This document shows, one piece after another, positions 1-14,582 of a stretch of DNA of 64,000 nucleotides (its first letter is position 1; the number at the start of each line of letters is the position of its first letter). Both the position numbers and the translations under genes were made by a program. The notes beneath the pieces are model-generated. The model was not told where the DNA came from. It did not search any database and saw only the letters and a list, made by a program, of their open reading frames with translations. This DNA is from Octopus sinensis. Lineage: Eukaryota. The DNA is taken from assembly GCF_006345805.1 (NCBI RefSeq), contig NC_043020.1, forward strand, positions 30,876,001 to 30,940,000, read 5' to 3'.

Positions 1-1426
1 AAACAACACTGCTTGTATGATGGTACATCTGTTGACAATTTGTGCAGGAGATTGAGACAAGGACACATGCACACACTTGATAAGTTCCTTTAGTTTCCAC
101 CTGGTTCTCAAACAGGGTCCATATAAAATGGCAGGAGGAACACAAGAAGAATAATAAACTGAGTTCATGAAAATTTTTTACTGCAAGAAGTAGCTATGGT
201 TCTTTCTATGATGTTTTGTATAGTTCAGCTTACACAAGTGAATGTAAGATAGACAAAATAGGAATTTTGAAAGAAGTATCTATAAAACTAGATTTTAAAC
301 ATAAAATGGCTGTGTGGGTCCACCAGAGTAAAATAGTAATTAAAGGGGTCATAGATAAAATGTGCTTGAGAATCACTTTGCTAAATTCACTCACAAGATT
401 TTGACTGACCAAGGGCTGTAAATAGAAGATGCTTTCTTAAAGTGTCACACAATGAGACTGAACTCAATGCCATGAGATTTTGAAGTAAGCATCTTAACAA
501 TACAACCAAGTCCGTACACCTACATCTGTCGATACTTCCTGTCAACAAATCATCCACAAGCTCTACACTTTAGAAAATACAATCCCTTAAAAAACGTGCA
601 AGTGACAGGATGAGCATCCAGCTGTAAAACCCCTGCCTAAATTTCCTGCTATCTAAGCTAGCGTAACATGGGGAAGTAGACATTAGAACAAGCCACCTGA
701 AGCTCCATCCTTGTGGATAAAAGACAAAGGAAGAAAACAAGGATAGTACGATCAACTCTGATCAACCTCCTTTGCTCTGCAGCCTCTATGGTCTGTTTGT
801 TCCGATGTGCACGTGTTAGGCATTAACAAGCCTGCAACAGACATGGCCACTCCCCTCCATAAATCTTTGCTCATGAAGCCAAACCAAGAATGATATATAT
901 CTATATATATATATATATATATCTATATATATATATATATCTATATATACATATAGAAAATATTTCTCCAGCATTCACTATTTTACCCTTGTTCTGGTCT
1001 AATGACCCTCCATGCTTGTTGACATTCGGTTTCCTTGTATGTCTCCACTATCCTGGTTTTGTTCCAAACTTTGACCTTCCAAAAATTCCAAATTATATTT
1101 TGGTACTTATGCTAGCAACTGTCTTCGAAGACTCATGTTGTCGTCCAGTGCTTGAAATGATGAGTAGATAGACAGCCGACAACCGATGAAGGGCTGTTCT
1201 ATATGTTACTTGTCCTGTTTTCCTTTTGTTTCTCTCAGTGTTTGCATATTGAACTTATTTGTTTTCGTATTTCATGTTGTTTACTGTTGGTGATGTCCTG
1301 TACCCAATATGCATGTGTGTGTGTGCTATCTATCTATCTAGCTATCTCTCTCTCTTCTATGTGTATATATATATATATATATATAGTTTACTGTACAAAA
1401 AGTGTACTCCACCTGGTGAGAGATGA

Positions 1427-1586
1427 ATATGATTTAATAAACACATGTTTTTATGTACTATGGTTACTATTAGTCTCATGTGATGAAAACATGCCAGAAA
1501 TGCTTTAAAATGTTGCCTGACACGCTTTCATTGCACGAAACTAATAGTAGCACATAGAAACATATATTGTGTTTATTAAATAATAT
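1427..1586. repeat. Imperfect inverted repeat (fold-back), probably an inverted Penelope-like terminus with a decayed hammerhead-like motif
   Basis: 1427-1500 is an approximate reverse complement of 1514-1586. The right arm reads TGC-CTGACAC...GAAA-CTAATAG-TA-GCA, i.e. stem I and a near-palindromic stem III, but a non-canonical core. Confidence 0.55.
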
Positions 1587-2571
1587 CTGTGTATGTGCGT
1601 GCGCATATTACACACACGCACATGAGAGAAAGCAGGAATACTAGATATGGCAACCTCAAAAGAAAGAAAGAACTCAATACAAATGTATAAATCTATATCA
1701 AGAAAATTAAAGATCCAATTCTCAAAGTGACTGACCAATTTATTCCTATTTGGAAAGTCTGAAAACTTCCAACAGGAGGAATGTCTGCCTGTAGAAAATC
1801 TGCTTTAATAAACTACACTTAACCCATGCAAGAATGGGAAAAGCAGATGTTAAAACAATGACGATGATGATGATATACACACATACAACAGGCTTCTTTC
1901 AGTTCAAATTGACTAAGAGCTGTTTTCCCTAAAATAATACAGGCAGTCCCATACTAAATTTGCAAGAAATTAGCACACACAAATATTTTAACATAATTCC
2001 TCAAAATAATTCATTCACAGAAAATTTTTAAAAGACACCCCCCTCCCAAACAAAACATTAAACACAAAGAAAAATCTTTAAAAAAGTCAAAGTCTATTTT
2101 ACAGAGAAGGTTTACAGGTGAATATGTGTTGAGTGAAAGTGAAAGAAGATTTTCTTTAGAAGATTGCTTAATATAACAGAAGTGACATCAGTTAAATAAA
2201 TTCTAAGGTAACATAACTGGGGTGAGGAGGTACACAACCTGAAGGATGTTTTACCTGAATGCCTGGCTGAGTTCTAGCTGAATCATCAACACTGTATCCC
2301 AATCCCATACTCTTACTATCCATACTCATCAATTAAGAAATAGGACAATGAGGAGAGAAGAGGACAAGGTGGGGAGAGAGAGAGAGAGAGAATAGTAAGT
2401 GAAGGTGAATGAATGTAGCACACTCTCACCCAGTGTCTGCATTTATACATTACAACTGTTGAGTGACAAATCATCCATCAAGTTAACCTGCCTCGAATCA
2501 GGGTTTTGGAATCTGTTTTTGAAGACGAAGAAAACTGCCGATTGCGTGCACACACTCACACACACACGTAC

Positions 2572-2573
<2 letters not shown>

Positions 2574-2623
<50 letters not shown>
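2574..2623. repeat. (GA)n microsatellite
   Basis: Direct reading. Confidence 0.95.
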
Positions 2624-2627
<4 letters not shown>

Positions 2628-2669
2628 GGGACAGATGTGAATGCAACTACCATTCACTGAAGTGTTTAT

Positions 2670-2873
2670 GCCTTTCACAACAGCAATATTAAAGTACACT
2701 GCTTATGCATTTTAATTAAATGAAAATTATCAATATTTGGAGAGATGGGTTTGGAACATAGAAGTTCTTTCATAAAATTTATAATGAAAGGTTTTAATTA
2801 AAGTCTGAACACTTAAAAGTGAGAGACTACAAAGTCCAGGCTGTCTCGGGCAGGTTGATATTGAAAGAGTTAA
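2670..2873 (-). mobile_element. Old TTAA-type MITE remnant
   Basis: Ends in GAAAGAGTTAA and resembles, in reverse, the older MITE at about 19011-19400. Confidence 0.35.
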
Positions 2874-3729
2874 TTGGAATTTACTTCATTATTGTAAATA
2901 TCACAAATTCCCAAAAGCTTTCAAGAAAGGGCTTCTGCCAAAGGTCCGAGAGTGGAAGGAGACATTTATGGTGTTAAACAGATAAAGACAAAGTTTTCCC
3001 CAATTTGACCATAACTGGATTGTATTTCAGTACATTTCTCTTTAATCAGAGCTTAGCAGGGGCAAAACAGGAATAACAACAAATTACCTACAATGAACCT
3101 AAGACCTCTGAGCTAGTACCTCAATACCATATCACTTTGCCACCTTATTTCTACCCGTAGAAAGATAAGCACACAAGTCCACCCCTTATATGTGTGTGTG
3201 TGTGTGTGCGCGTGTGTTTATTTGCTTGCTTGTAACATAGTGTTAGTTTATTTACTTCTTTGTAAGTTAAACAGTTTGGTAAAGAGAGAAAAGAGTAAAC
3301 TTGCTATCACCTTATATATGAATTTATGCAATTTCTCAAAAAAAAATGAAGGTGCCAAAAAATATGAAAAACCAGACAAATGATGATAGTGCCAGTGATG
3401 ATGATTATGATGATATAATCAAAGATTACAGTGGTGAACTCAGTTTACATGTGTTACTTAGTGTATTCTAGATATTACATTTTTGAAAATTTCAAATGAA
3501 AATTAAGCTCAATGACAACTTCCATTTCTACTAACACCCATTATATTTGTAAATTTGTTGGGTTTTCCTTGGTTTTGGTTGCCTTTAGTCTCTTCATTCT
3601 TAATTTTCTTTTAATGCCTAATTACATGGTATTCTTGTAACTAAGTCAGTCTTCTTTCAAAATTTTCCACAGCAAAAAATATATATAGGCCTAGAACAGA
3701 AATGATTTCTGAAATAAGCTGGAGGCCAT

Positions 3730-5985
3730 GCACTTCTAGAACCATGGAGCAGATAATTTAATCAACCCTTATACTAGGTACGACTATGAATTTTAAAAAA
3801 TATTTTAAAGTAATTTCTACTGTACTTTTCTTGGAGAACATCCAAAAAGAAACATTTTGATAGCTCATTTGTGAAATTTGGATATTTTAGGAAATATGAC
3901 AATCTGAACAGCCAGCAAATTGGTTGAAATCTTCTGTAATTGGCCTAAATGAATAATCAGCCATATCTGTGATTAGGTTATATCTTTGGGACTGAGGTTA
4001 TCTTCAAATTATACCAATTAATAGTTTCCATAGTATACAGGTGAAGTATACCAACAGTTTGAAAAAGAAAGCAGTGAACTTAGGCTTTTATTTGCTTACA
4101 ATCCGACCAGCTCTGAAAGAATATACACACTTTAATTTACATTCATTCAGTAAGATACAAATATACACTATTAATATCCAGCACAATTCCACACACTCAA
4201 ACAAGAGTCTACATATTTAAACAAATGAATCAATATATTCACCTGATTGAATTCACTCATTTTTACTTTCCATTTAATTTTCTAATAACACTGTAATATA
4301 ATTTAAATGCACAAAATCAGATGAAATGGGTTCAAATTCTATGGCTGTATCTGAGAACTATAAAATACATCCGAAAGCCTTTCTACAATCTACATAATTA
4401 CATAAAATCACAATAAGCAGTTGCCTACTTTTTCTGAAAATGAAACTTTTTTGTATTAATTTTTTAAATATTTATGTAAAGCCTATTTTGTTTAGTCAAT
4501 TTCACTGTGTTTTCAGACCTAGCTAAATCTAAAAGTACAAACCACAGGGGTTTCTGAGATTTTGGGACATGATAGATAGCATTTCAAGAAAATTTTAATG
4601 GACTATTAAAAATGGCTATAAATGGTTGAGTTTTGGATCAGGATGCTCGCAAAAGTTGGATTTTCTGTTTTGATGGAGATTTTTCCAATTTTTTCTTCAC
4701 TATGGCCTTGGGGAAAATGGGAAGAAGCTTTTTATGCAAAAAATTGTTTTGAAAATTTTTGATTTTTTTCATCATCCCTCAGGACCAATTTTTGTCACAC
4801 TACATACTTAAAAATGATGGCAGAAGCCCTTTTGGTTAAAACAAAAAAATTTCAAACAAAAAGGCATGTGATTTAAGGGAGATTTAGCTGTTGTTTCTAG
4901 AGTACCTCACAACCACCTTTCTCAGAATTGCATGTAAGCCTAGATTAAAAAACAAAGAAAATGTGAAAACTAATTCCTTACAAGGAAGTAAATAAACTAA
5001 CATTAGAAGTACAAATTAAAGACATTGAAAACATCAGTAACTTACAGCACACTCGTTAGTAGGAGAGAGAAAAAAAAATCAAAACAAATATGTAAACACT
5101 ACCACAAATTATCCAAAAAAAAAAAAAAAATCTACCACATCAGACTTTTATAGTTTACAGAATAATATTCATTGCACAATATAATTTCACGACCAATATT
5201 TCTCTAAGAAAAACAAAATTTACATCTACAAGAATATCCGTTAGGTAAAATTCAAATGTTTTTCTCCCTATGTTGTTAAAACAGTGAGAGGGAATAAACA
5301 ATGTTCTCAATACAATGATTCCAGGCTAATTTTGGGCTCTAGAAGACTTACGAGTATGTAGCTCAAGTTAGAGTATTTTCCCATAGAAATATTTACTTAA
5401 TTTGTCCATTTCTTGAAATTCTGGCTCAAGCTTGATATTTGAAGCCTTGGATTCATGTTCCATTTGACTTTGCACAATGCAAGAATATGTCAGTTTGGCA
5501 AGTCGCATCAGTATAGAACCTTCTTTACTGTCTTTGTACTTTTTCATTGTATTGTGGCCAGATTTGGTAATGACCATATTGAATTTGTGAAAAATTTTCT
5601 TTCTTATGATATAAAAATCTTGAAATGTTCTTTCTTAAGTAAAAATTAATAAAATTTTCACCTTTTTATTTCATAACAATTATCTGACCTACCCCCATCA
5701 ATTTTTATATCAATATAAAGCTAAAAAATGTCCTAGTCATGACTATCTGATTCTCAAAACAAATCAGGTTATAGCACTCCAGCACATTGCGAATGGGTGA
5801 AAATACCAGGGTGACTGAGGGACCCCGGTATGATATGTGTTGGATCTTGATCAAAACTATATGAGAAGAAAGTTCATATTCAAAACTTTCAAATGATATA
5901 TAATTTTCCACAGAAAAATGTATTTTGACATAAAAATGAAGCAAAGTATGTTTTTGTATGGTCAAACTGTGCTTGTCTCTCTCTT
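3730..5985. mobile_element. Degenerate non-coding DNA-transposon-like composite, copy 1
   Basis: Three blocks (about 3780-3930, 4430-4790, 5320-5985) match 24440-26400 in reverse complement and in the same order. The end motif GGTCAAACTGTGCTTGTCTC resembles a TIR. Confidence 0.55.
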
Positions 5986-8900
5986 TTATGGTGAAGAGGT
6001 TCATGATTGCAAAACGAAGTTCTTCACCAATCAGACACATTTCATTTCACCACATTTTTCTTTTTTTGTTTAACCTGACAGACAAGAACAGAGTTAAATT
6101 ACATTAGTCTGTCTTGCGTAGCCATTATTCCAGCAACCAAAAACCATGGATTTGAAAGGTATAAGACATAGGCATTCACTCACACCTTTTGAAACTACAG
6201 AATCAGCTACTCTAACTCATCATACTTACTCCCAGTCTTCCCTTCCTCAATCCCACTCTAGACTCTCTGCTTTAGTGAATTTTTTAACCTAGTTTCTCCA
6301 GAGAAATACCCAAGAAACAATACTTGTGCAAAACATTTCACTTAACAACAAAAAAACCTATCACTCCTAATCCCCTTTCTACCACGGTTACTAATATTGC
6401 TTCTAACATCAGTGCAAGGACCTGAGATTTAGAGGACAAGGTTAGCTGCAATACTTTAGTACAACTTCAGCACTTTATTTTTCAAGATGGAAAGGATGAA
6501 GTTGACCTTGGCAAGATTTGAACTCAGAGATACTGACTAAATATACACATGGCTGAAAGCAGGCTTTCAGCCATCTGTGTGAACCTGTCAATCAACTTAG
6601 TTGTCAATACTAATAAAGATTCTTTAAAGGCAGTGGAGCAGGCAGAATCGTTGACACAATGGGCAAAATACTTGGTGACATTTTACCCATCCTTATGAAC
6701 TGAGTTCAAATTCCATGTTGGTTGACAAAATAAATACCAGTGATGCACCAGGGTTGACGGAATCACTTCCAAAATTTCCAGCCTTGTGTCAAAATTTGAA
6801 ACCAATATTAATAAAGATTTGGTAGCTTATTGGTGATATTCTTACAAATCTGAAAACACCAAAGAAAGATTATTTAAAAGTAATAACTATTTTAAAAGGT
6901 TTTAGTTGCTATAAAACAGGGCTCTATGCAGAGTAGAATCGGTGATGCATCAGACAAAATAGTTTTTTTTCTTTTTTAAGCTATCGTCCTCTTACATTCT
7001 GAGTTCAAATCCTGTGAATCAACTTTGTCTTTCATTCTTCCAAGTTCATTAAGCAATTACCAATGAAGCTATAATTAATTACACTCCTGAAGGTGGTGCC
7101 CCAGCATGGACATAGCTCAACAAGAAAGCAATAAAAGAATAAAAGACAAACAAAAGTAAATAACCTAAATTTTTTTCTTCTCCAATTATGCACAATGCTA
7201 ATTAAGAAATTGATGACAAGGATATATAAGTATTGATTAGGAAATATAAAAAGCAACAAATAAATCATCTTTAAAATTATATGGATTAAAAATGGGAGGA
7301 TTTAATTGATTCTATAAACCAGATAATATTTAAAAGATTTTATTTTATCAAACTTAACAGGATTTGAACTTGGGAACATAAATGGGCATAACTGTTAACC
7401 ACATGACATTTTGCTCAGAGTTGCCTCATGTACTTGCCAAACAATATCAATAATATTGAGTAATAATGACAATATTTGTTTTAATGCACAGCATAAATAT
7501 TTCTAGTTTAGCTTTTTATAATGTTTCCAGCATTATATGTTAACACCAACTCAACTATTCTAATTCATTCAGATGATGTCATTTATGCCTTTAAATAATT
7601 GTCTCAAATTTAAGGTTAGTAATTTTAAGAAAATCTAATTGATGAAATTAACTCCAGCACTTGACTAGTACTTTATTCTAGTGACCCCATGGGGATGAAA
7701 GACAAAGCTGACTTCAGCAAGATTTGAACTCATTAGGAATAAGACAGGAACAAATATTGCAAAGCACATTTTTTTCAAACCCTCTAGGGATCCTGTTAAT
7801 TCACCAGCATTTTAATATTCCAGGTAATAGCAATTACTTTGCCTATTAATTCCAGCTGTGAATAAATTAGGTCTGCAGCAAAAACTAACAGACACTGACT
7901 GCAAACTACATAATCCAGTACAGTTAATAAAACCCCAAAATCCATAGAAACTAGCAGAGTGGGATCCTAGATCTGCAAAAATGACTTAACATCATCACCA
8001 TTTAAATATCTACCTTTCTGTACTTGCATGGATCAGACAGAATCTGTTGTGGTAGATTTTCCGTTGCTGAATGCTCAAGCTTTTGCCAACCCTTGCTTGT
8101 TTCCAAAGAAGGTAATATTTGCCCATGGCCAGACATTTTTTTTTACAAAAGACTGGAAAGTGAACAACCCTGACTGTATAACAAGGATGCCATTTACAAC
8201 CATCACATGTTATAGAGACAAGGGCACACATACAAGGCTGTGGCCAGCCCAATATGCCATGTTGTGGGACTGAACCCAAGACCACATGGTTGGAAGCCAC
8301 ACAGCCACATCTGTAGTTATAATGTTTGCAAACAGTGTTTACAAATTTGAAATAAGATGTATGCTCTGAGGAGTTAGAGGTACTGACATATGCCCAGCAC
8401 TCTTCTGCTGAGAAAAACGACAGCACAAAACAAATGAACTTTTGTTAGTTGTGCTGTCCTGGAAACTTTTAAATACCTCACTCAGAAAAAGAACACACAA
8501 ATCTCCCCATGGCATACAACTTAACCAAATTTGCAAACTAATACAATTAGATTACTTTGAATATGTGATGGTTGAGAGGAACAGATTACTGTTCAGTATT
8601 GGATTACTGGTTTTTATCACAAGAGGATTAAATAAACCCACTAACTGCCTACCCCACACTACTTTAAAATGTTCAAGCCAACAAAGAAGCCTTTAGAGAG
8701 TCACTGAGCCTGCAACAAAATAACGGCCAAATACACTTAAATTTCTCTCAACATCTTAAAAAAAGTACATATTGGACAATGTAGTCATAGATTTCCAAAA
8801 ACAGGAGTGTGTGACTCTGAAAGTACGAGCTTGAAGCTTAAACAATACTAAAAGGGATCTATAAATGATAAAATCTAAATAAATATAGAGGTGGTGTGAA

Positions 8901-9989
8901 AAAATCTGGAGTAAAATTTATTGATCTATGCTAGCACAGAACATAGACATTAAATGATGATACAAAATAGCTGACATTTACTTCCGTTATTTACACTTTC
9001 AGAATGCTGAAGACTAGGCTTTTAATTCTGACTGAACAATTTTCTTGCCAATACTATTGTTAATCCCTGCCAATCCTTCTCTTAACAGCATTTAGCCTCC
9101 CAGAAAAAAAAACAATTTAAATCACTTCATCAGAATATGAAGAAAAAGTGAGAGATATGAATCACGTTAAAGCAGCCAAAACATTCTTATAAAATCTCTG
9201 TGTATTTACTTAAAAAACAAAAGATCATTTATTCATTGCTGCCACAGCAGCAAAAGTTGACAGTGTTGAACATCTCAAGTAGAAAGATTTAGAGATTTGG
9301 AGAAACTGCAAAATCAACATCATTCTATCTTTCATACAATTCCATAAAATCTTTCTCTCTTTCTACTCACACCACAGACCACATGGCACTTGTAACAATA
9401 GCAGTTTGTTAAATCCTAATACTACCTTAGATTTCATAGTAAGCATAGGGGGTTATTAGGATCAGTGTTGTTAGGGCAATGAAGGACAGAATTAGTAATC
9501 ATCACCATCATCATCATCATTTTAACAGACACTTTCCCATGCTTGCATGGACCAGATGGAATTTGTTAAGGCAGATTTTCTATGACCAGATGCCCTTCAT
9601 GTCACCAACCCTCGCCTATTTCCAAGTAAAGTGATAATACTTCCCCTGGCCAAACATATTTTTCACAGAAGACTGGAAACAATGTTGCTTGTATGACAGT
9701 GCTCCTCGTTTACAGTCACAAAAGTGTAGAAAAGTGGACACACGAAATGGTGATGAATTAGCTTGATGAAGGGTTACAGGGTTGTGCTCTTGAATTAACA
9801 CCCAACAGTCTTCTATACAGTGTCTTTCTACCCAACTTAATGCACAAAGTATGGGTCAAGCCAAAGCTATTGAAAATGACATTTACCCAAGATGCTATGC
9901 AGTGGGACTGAACTTAAGACCAAATGATTGCAAAATAAACTTCTTAACTATTCAACCGATACACACACACACACACATATATATATATC

Positions 9990-10180
9990 AGTTGCCATGA
10001 TAGATCGTTAGCCACTACACACATTTTTTTCTCTCCTTGTTTTTTTTGTGTCCCTTTCTGTAGAAGAGCATAGGCTCGAAACGTAAAAGACTTTTTCTAT
10101 TCCTGAGCATTATACTAATACATCTGTTTGTTTTATACACCACCTGTCTTCGTCTTTTGTTTTTTTCGTAAACTCTCCTT
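9990..10180 (+). mobile_element. Penelope-like element terminal fragment
   Basis: Contains a minimal hammerhead-like motif at 10054-10089 in a T-rich context and is flanked by (TA)n tracts. Confidence 0.6.
10054..10089 (+). ncRNA. Minimal type I hammerhead-like motif with variant core
   Basis: CTTT-CTGTAGA-A-GAGC-ATAG-GCTC-GAAA-CG-TA-AAAG. Stem I is CTTT/AAAG, stem II GAGC/GCTC, stem III the palindrome ACGT. The core is CUGUAGA rather than CUGANGA. Confidence 0.55.
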
Positions 10181-10192
10181 GTATAAATAAAT

Positions 10193-10223
<31 letters not shown>

Positions 10224-10274
10224 TAGAGAGATATAGACAGCCAGACAGAAAGAAATAGATAGACAGATAGATAT

Positions 10275-10617
10275 CTTTTACTTGTTTCAGTTATTGGACT
10301 AAGTCCATGCTGGGACACTGCCTTGAAGGGTCCAGTTGAACAATATATCTCAGTACTTCTTTTGACAAACCATTAAATTATAGGGATACAAACAAACCAA
10401 CACTGGTTGTCAAATGGTGACAGGGGACAAACACAAAAACACACACACACATACATATGATAGACTTCTTTCAGTTTCCAATTATCAAATTCATTCACAA
10501 GGCAATGGTAAGCCCAGGGCTATAGAAGAAGAGACTTGCCCAAAATGCCACGTGGAGAGACTGAACCCAGATTCATATGGTGACAAAGTGTACTTTTTAA
10601 CCCCACAATCTATGCCA
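10275..10617 (-). mobile_element. tRNA-derived SINE, family A (CORE-like), diverged
   Basis: Colinear with the copy at 56801-57172. Confidence 0.8.
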
Positions 10618-11080
10618 TGGAGGAGACAGGGACTCTGCCAGCTGCAATATGTGCAACTTTTCCAGGAGAGCAGGAACTTTGATTAAAAACTGATATGAGA
10701 TAGAAAAGACTCTTCAATCTTGACCAGAGATAACCTTTCTAGGGTGGTCACACATGAAATTTGTACCCAGTTCATGTTGTAAAATGGTTAGTGACAGGCA
10801 GAGCATCCAGAAATGTTGGGAACAAAAAAATAATTGTCAAACTCATAACACATACAACAAACAAGGTTGGGTTTTCTCTTACTATGAGTTCTATCCAACT
10901 GATGTGAGCAGAACAACAACAGATGTAACACTATGATAAAGACAGTATTGTATGCGTGTGTGTGTGTGTAAAATCACATACATACCATTATACACACAAA
11001 CACACACACACACAAATATATATATGGCATAAATCAGTTCACCTAAGTAATGCAAACATTGACTGTATATGCAAACAGTT

Positions 11081-11115
<35 letters not shown>

Positions 11116-12795
11116 AAAAGAAAAACACTAGACTAAATATAAATTATAAACAGATGCATGAAATCTAAATATTAAAGCAGAGAGCCTGGCAGCAAATGTA
11201 TAGAATAAATAGCAATGTTTGTATGGGTCAGAATTGAGTTGGTTGTAAAGCTTCATATTTTGACCTCAGTTTGAAGCTGCTTCAACTCATTGCTGCCTAA
11301 TTGCATAATGGTTTAGAGTTGAGGAATTATGCTAGAAACCTGTAATCAACAACACTATTCACAAAATTCTTAAAAGAAAAAAATAACGAACTGGATTGTT
11401 AAAAATAATGCTATTACTGGTAAGATGATAGTATTTTTACTCATTAAGTATAACAATAATTTTCTAGTATAGGCACAAAGCCTGAAATTTTTGCAGGAGG
11501 GGCCAGTGACTTAGTTCAACCTCAGTGCTCAGCTGGTACTTATACTGTCAACCTGGAAAGGATGAAAGGCAAAGGTGAACTCTGCAGAATTTGAACTTGA
11601 AAACATAAAGCTGGAAGAAATATAGTTAAGCATTTTATCTGGCTTGCTAACAGTTCTGCCAGCTGGCCACTTTAAGCAATAATAATTATGATTTCTGACT
11701 TAGGCATAAAGCAAGTGATTTCGAGGGGAGGGGCTAAGTCAATACCACTGACTCTGGTATTTGACTGGTAAGCTAGTTTATTGATTCTGGCACTCTGTTG
11801 ATTACAGCAGATCATCTGATCAACAGTACAGCCTGCTCGTTAAACTGATGTGCAAGTGACTAAGCACCCCACAGACACAAGGTCCCTTAATGTAGTTTCC
11901 TTGAGATTCAGCAAGGCACAGCATGTGACAAGGCTGGTGCAACAGGAAATAAAATAACTAGCTCAAGAAAACAATGAGAAACCAGAAATTGAACTCATGA
12001 CCTTACAATTGAGCCAAATAGCCTAACCACTAAGCCATTTATCAATGTTGCAGGGCAGAAAGGCAAAGCTGATCGTGGCAGAATTTGAACTCAGAATAGA
12101 AAGAGCCGGAACAAATAGCAAAAAGAAACTTTTTTCCAACACTCTAACAATGCTGCTAACCCATAGCCCTTTAGAATAACAAAAATAACAGTTTGTAAGA
12201 AAGGCAAAAGACCAGAAATTTTAGATGGGTAAAACAATCAATTATACTGACCTCACTGGACCAATGTCTAATTAATCAACTCAACCTAAGAAGGACAGAA
12301 AGGTACAAAAGTACAGATGATCTCAGTGGGATCTAAGCTCAGAATGCAAGCATCACCACAAGGTATTTTTGCTGACACTTGAAAAATTCTGTCAGCTTTA
12401 ATAATAACAAAACCTGAACCCTAATAACACCCAAAGAAAAACATCTAACTTGCTGTTACCTGAGGTTTCTGGGCAGGAATAGAAATAGCTCATAGAAAAC
12501 AATACAACCACAATAAAGAATAATAATTTTTTACAGAAAATCTGATTAATGGGGAAACCAGATGATGTAACATTCATGCCTTTTCTCAGCTCATTAGCAA
12601 TGTAAGGAAGTGGCTGCCATGGCAGAGAAGAGGAAGGAAAGTAGGTCATAGACTTAGTTGAGATCTTCCTAGAATTTCAGTTAATGATGCAGTTGAAGAG
12701 TTAGAGTGGTAGATTCAGTTGTAAGTTAATAGGTATGTTTGTGTCCATACACTCACATTGTATATATTGTGTTATGTGAGTGTTTATATATGCAT

Positions 12796-12796
<1 letters not shown>

Positions 12797-12835
<39 letters not shown>

Positions 12836-13070
12836 GTATATATATATATATACATATATATATACACACATATATATATACACACACATATATATATACA
12901 CATATATATATACACACATATATATATACACACACATATATATATACACATATATATATATATACACATATATATATATATACACATATATATATATATA
13001 TATACACATATATATATATAGACACATATATATATATACACACACATATATATATATATGTATACACACA
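12797..13070. repeat. Compound (TA)n/(CA)n microsatellite
   Basis: Direct reading; source of the YIYI/HTHI pseudo-ORFs. Confidence 0.95.
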
Positions 13071-13604
13071 CATTTTGACAGTCTATATATATTTGCATGT
13101 ATGCATATTTATGCATATACTGTCCATGTTTTTGTTGTGTGTGTGTATTATATTTAAATATGTTTAGATATGCATATCTGAATTTATGCAAGTGTTTATG
13201 TTAGACACACACATAAATGGAATGAGGAAGGAGAGGAAGAGATGAGGCATACAAAACACAATCATCATCATTTCACTCTGATGTTCGGTGCAAGGATGGA
13301 ACATTTATATACAATTGTACACACAAATATGTACTCATACATATAAATACACAGGCATCAATAGTGAACACATCATAAAGATGTACTTACTAGAAAGTTA
13401 TTAATTATGTTATGAGAATTACCAGTGAAGAACCAAGAAAGGACTTTGGTAAATGAGTCACTAGGACCACCACTACAGTAAAAACTCCTCAAGTAGATTC
13501 TTAAGAACTGACCATTTTTATTTTCAGCCAAATGAACCACACAAACAACCCAGTCAAGCTGATAAGGTATTAGAATAAGCAAACACTTGAGAAGTTAGTA
13601 CAAG

Positions 13605-13636
<32 letters not shown>

Positions 13637-13682
13637 GTGAAAGTATGTATGGAAGAGTGGTTGTGATGAAAATGATAAAATA

Positions 13683-13896
13683 TTCTTTTCTACTCGAGGC
13701 ACAAGGCCTGACATTTTTGGGGAGGGAGCCAGTCAATTAGATTGACTCCAGTACGCAACTGGTACTTAATTTATCGACCCTGAAAGGATGAAAGGCAAAG
13801 TCAACCTTGGCGGAACTTGAACTCAGAACACAAAGACAGACAAAATACCGCTAAGCATTTTGCCCAGTGTGCCAACATTTCTGCCAGCTTGCTGCC
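13683..13896 (-). mobile_element. tRNA-derived SINE, family B (Meta-domain-like)
   Basis: Minus strand has an AGCTGGCAGAA A-box-like and a GAGTTCAAGTTCC B-box-like segment, followed by GCCTTTCATCCTTTCAGGGTCGATAAATTAAGTACCAG. Many more copies occur across the window. Confidence 0.8.
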
Positions 13897-13942
13897 TAGA
13901 AAATGACAAAAATATTAAACTTTGTAATATTTTTTATCAATT

Positions 13943-14582
13943 TTTACTTGTTTCAAACATTAAACTGTGGCCATGCTGGGGCACTACCTTGAAGAATTTT
14001 TGGTTGAATGAATTGACCTGAATATTAATTTTTTAAAGCCTAGTACCCGTTCTATCAGCCACTTTTGCTGAACCACTGGGTTATGGAGATGTAAACAACC
14101 AACACTGGTTGTCAAGTGGTGGCTGGGGGACAAACACACAAACTTATAAGACAGGCTTCTTTCAGTTTCTTATTTCTTTATTGCCCACAAGGGGCTAAAC
14201 ATAGAGGGGACAAACAAGGACAGACAAAGGGATTAAGTCGATTACATATACTCCAGTGCATAACTGGTACTTAATTCATTGACCCCGAAAGGATGAAAGG
14301 TAAAGTCGACCTCGGTGGAATTTGAACTAAGAACATAGCAGCAGACGAAATAACGCTAAGCATTTCGCCTGGCGTTCTAACGTTTCTGCCAGCTCACCGC
14401 CTTCAGTTTCTATCAACCAAACTGAAAGGCTTCTTTCATTTTCTTTCAACCAAATCTACTCACAAGGCTTTGGTTGGCCTGGGGCTAGAGTAGAAAACAT
14501 TTGCCCAAATGCTAAGCAGAGGCACTGAACCTGGAACCATGTTGTTGGGAAGAAAGCTTCTTACCACATAGCCATGCCTGCA
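13943..14582 (-). mobile_element. SINE family A copy split by a nested family B SINE
   Basis: Family A halves at 13943-14170 and 14402-14582. Confidence 0.8.
14171..14401 (-). mobile_element. Full-length SINE family B with 10-bp target-site duplication
   Basis: TTCAGTTTCT at 14161-14170 and 14402-14411; head GGCGGTGAGCTGGCAGAAACGTTAG on the minus strand. Confidence 0.88.

Noticed and set aside
1100-1320. ACCGATGAAGGG hammerhead-like start
   Set aside because: No matching GAAA or stems found; probably a repeat, but the ribozyme is unsupported
5705-6040. 111-aa ORF sharing ELSSHIVLIK with ORF 24507-24698
   Set aside because: The similarity comes from a shared non-coding repeat; frames are not conserved beyond a short block
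12701-13191. Overlapping 87-142 aa ORFs on both strands
   Set aside because: Translations of TA/CA microsatellite; the same applies to 890-1171, 31587-31893 and 49540-50190
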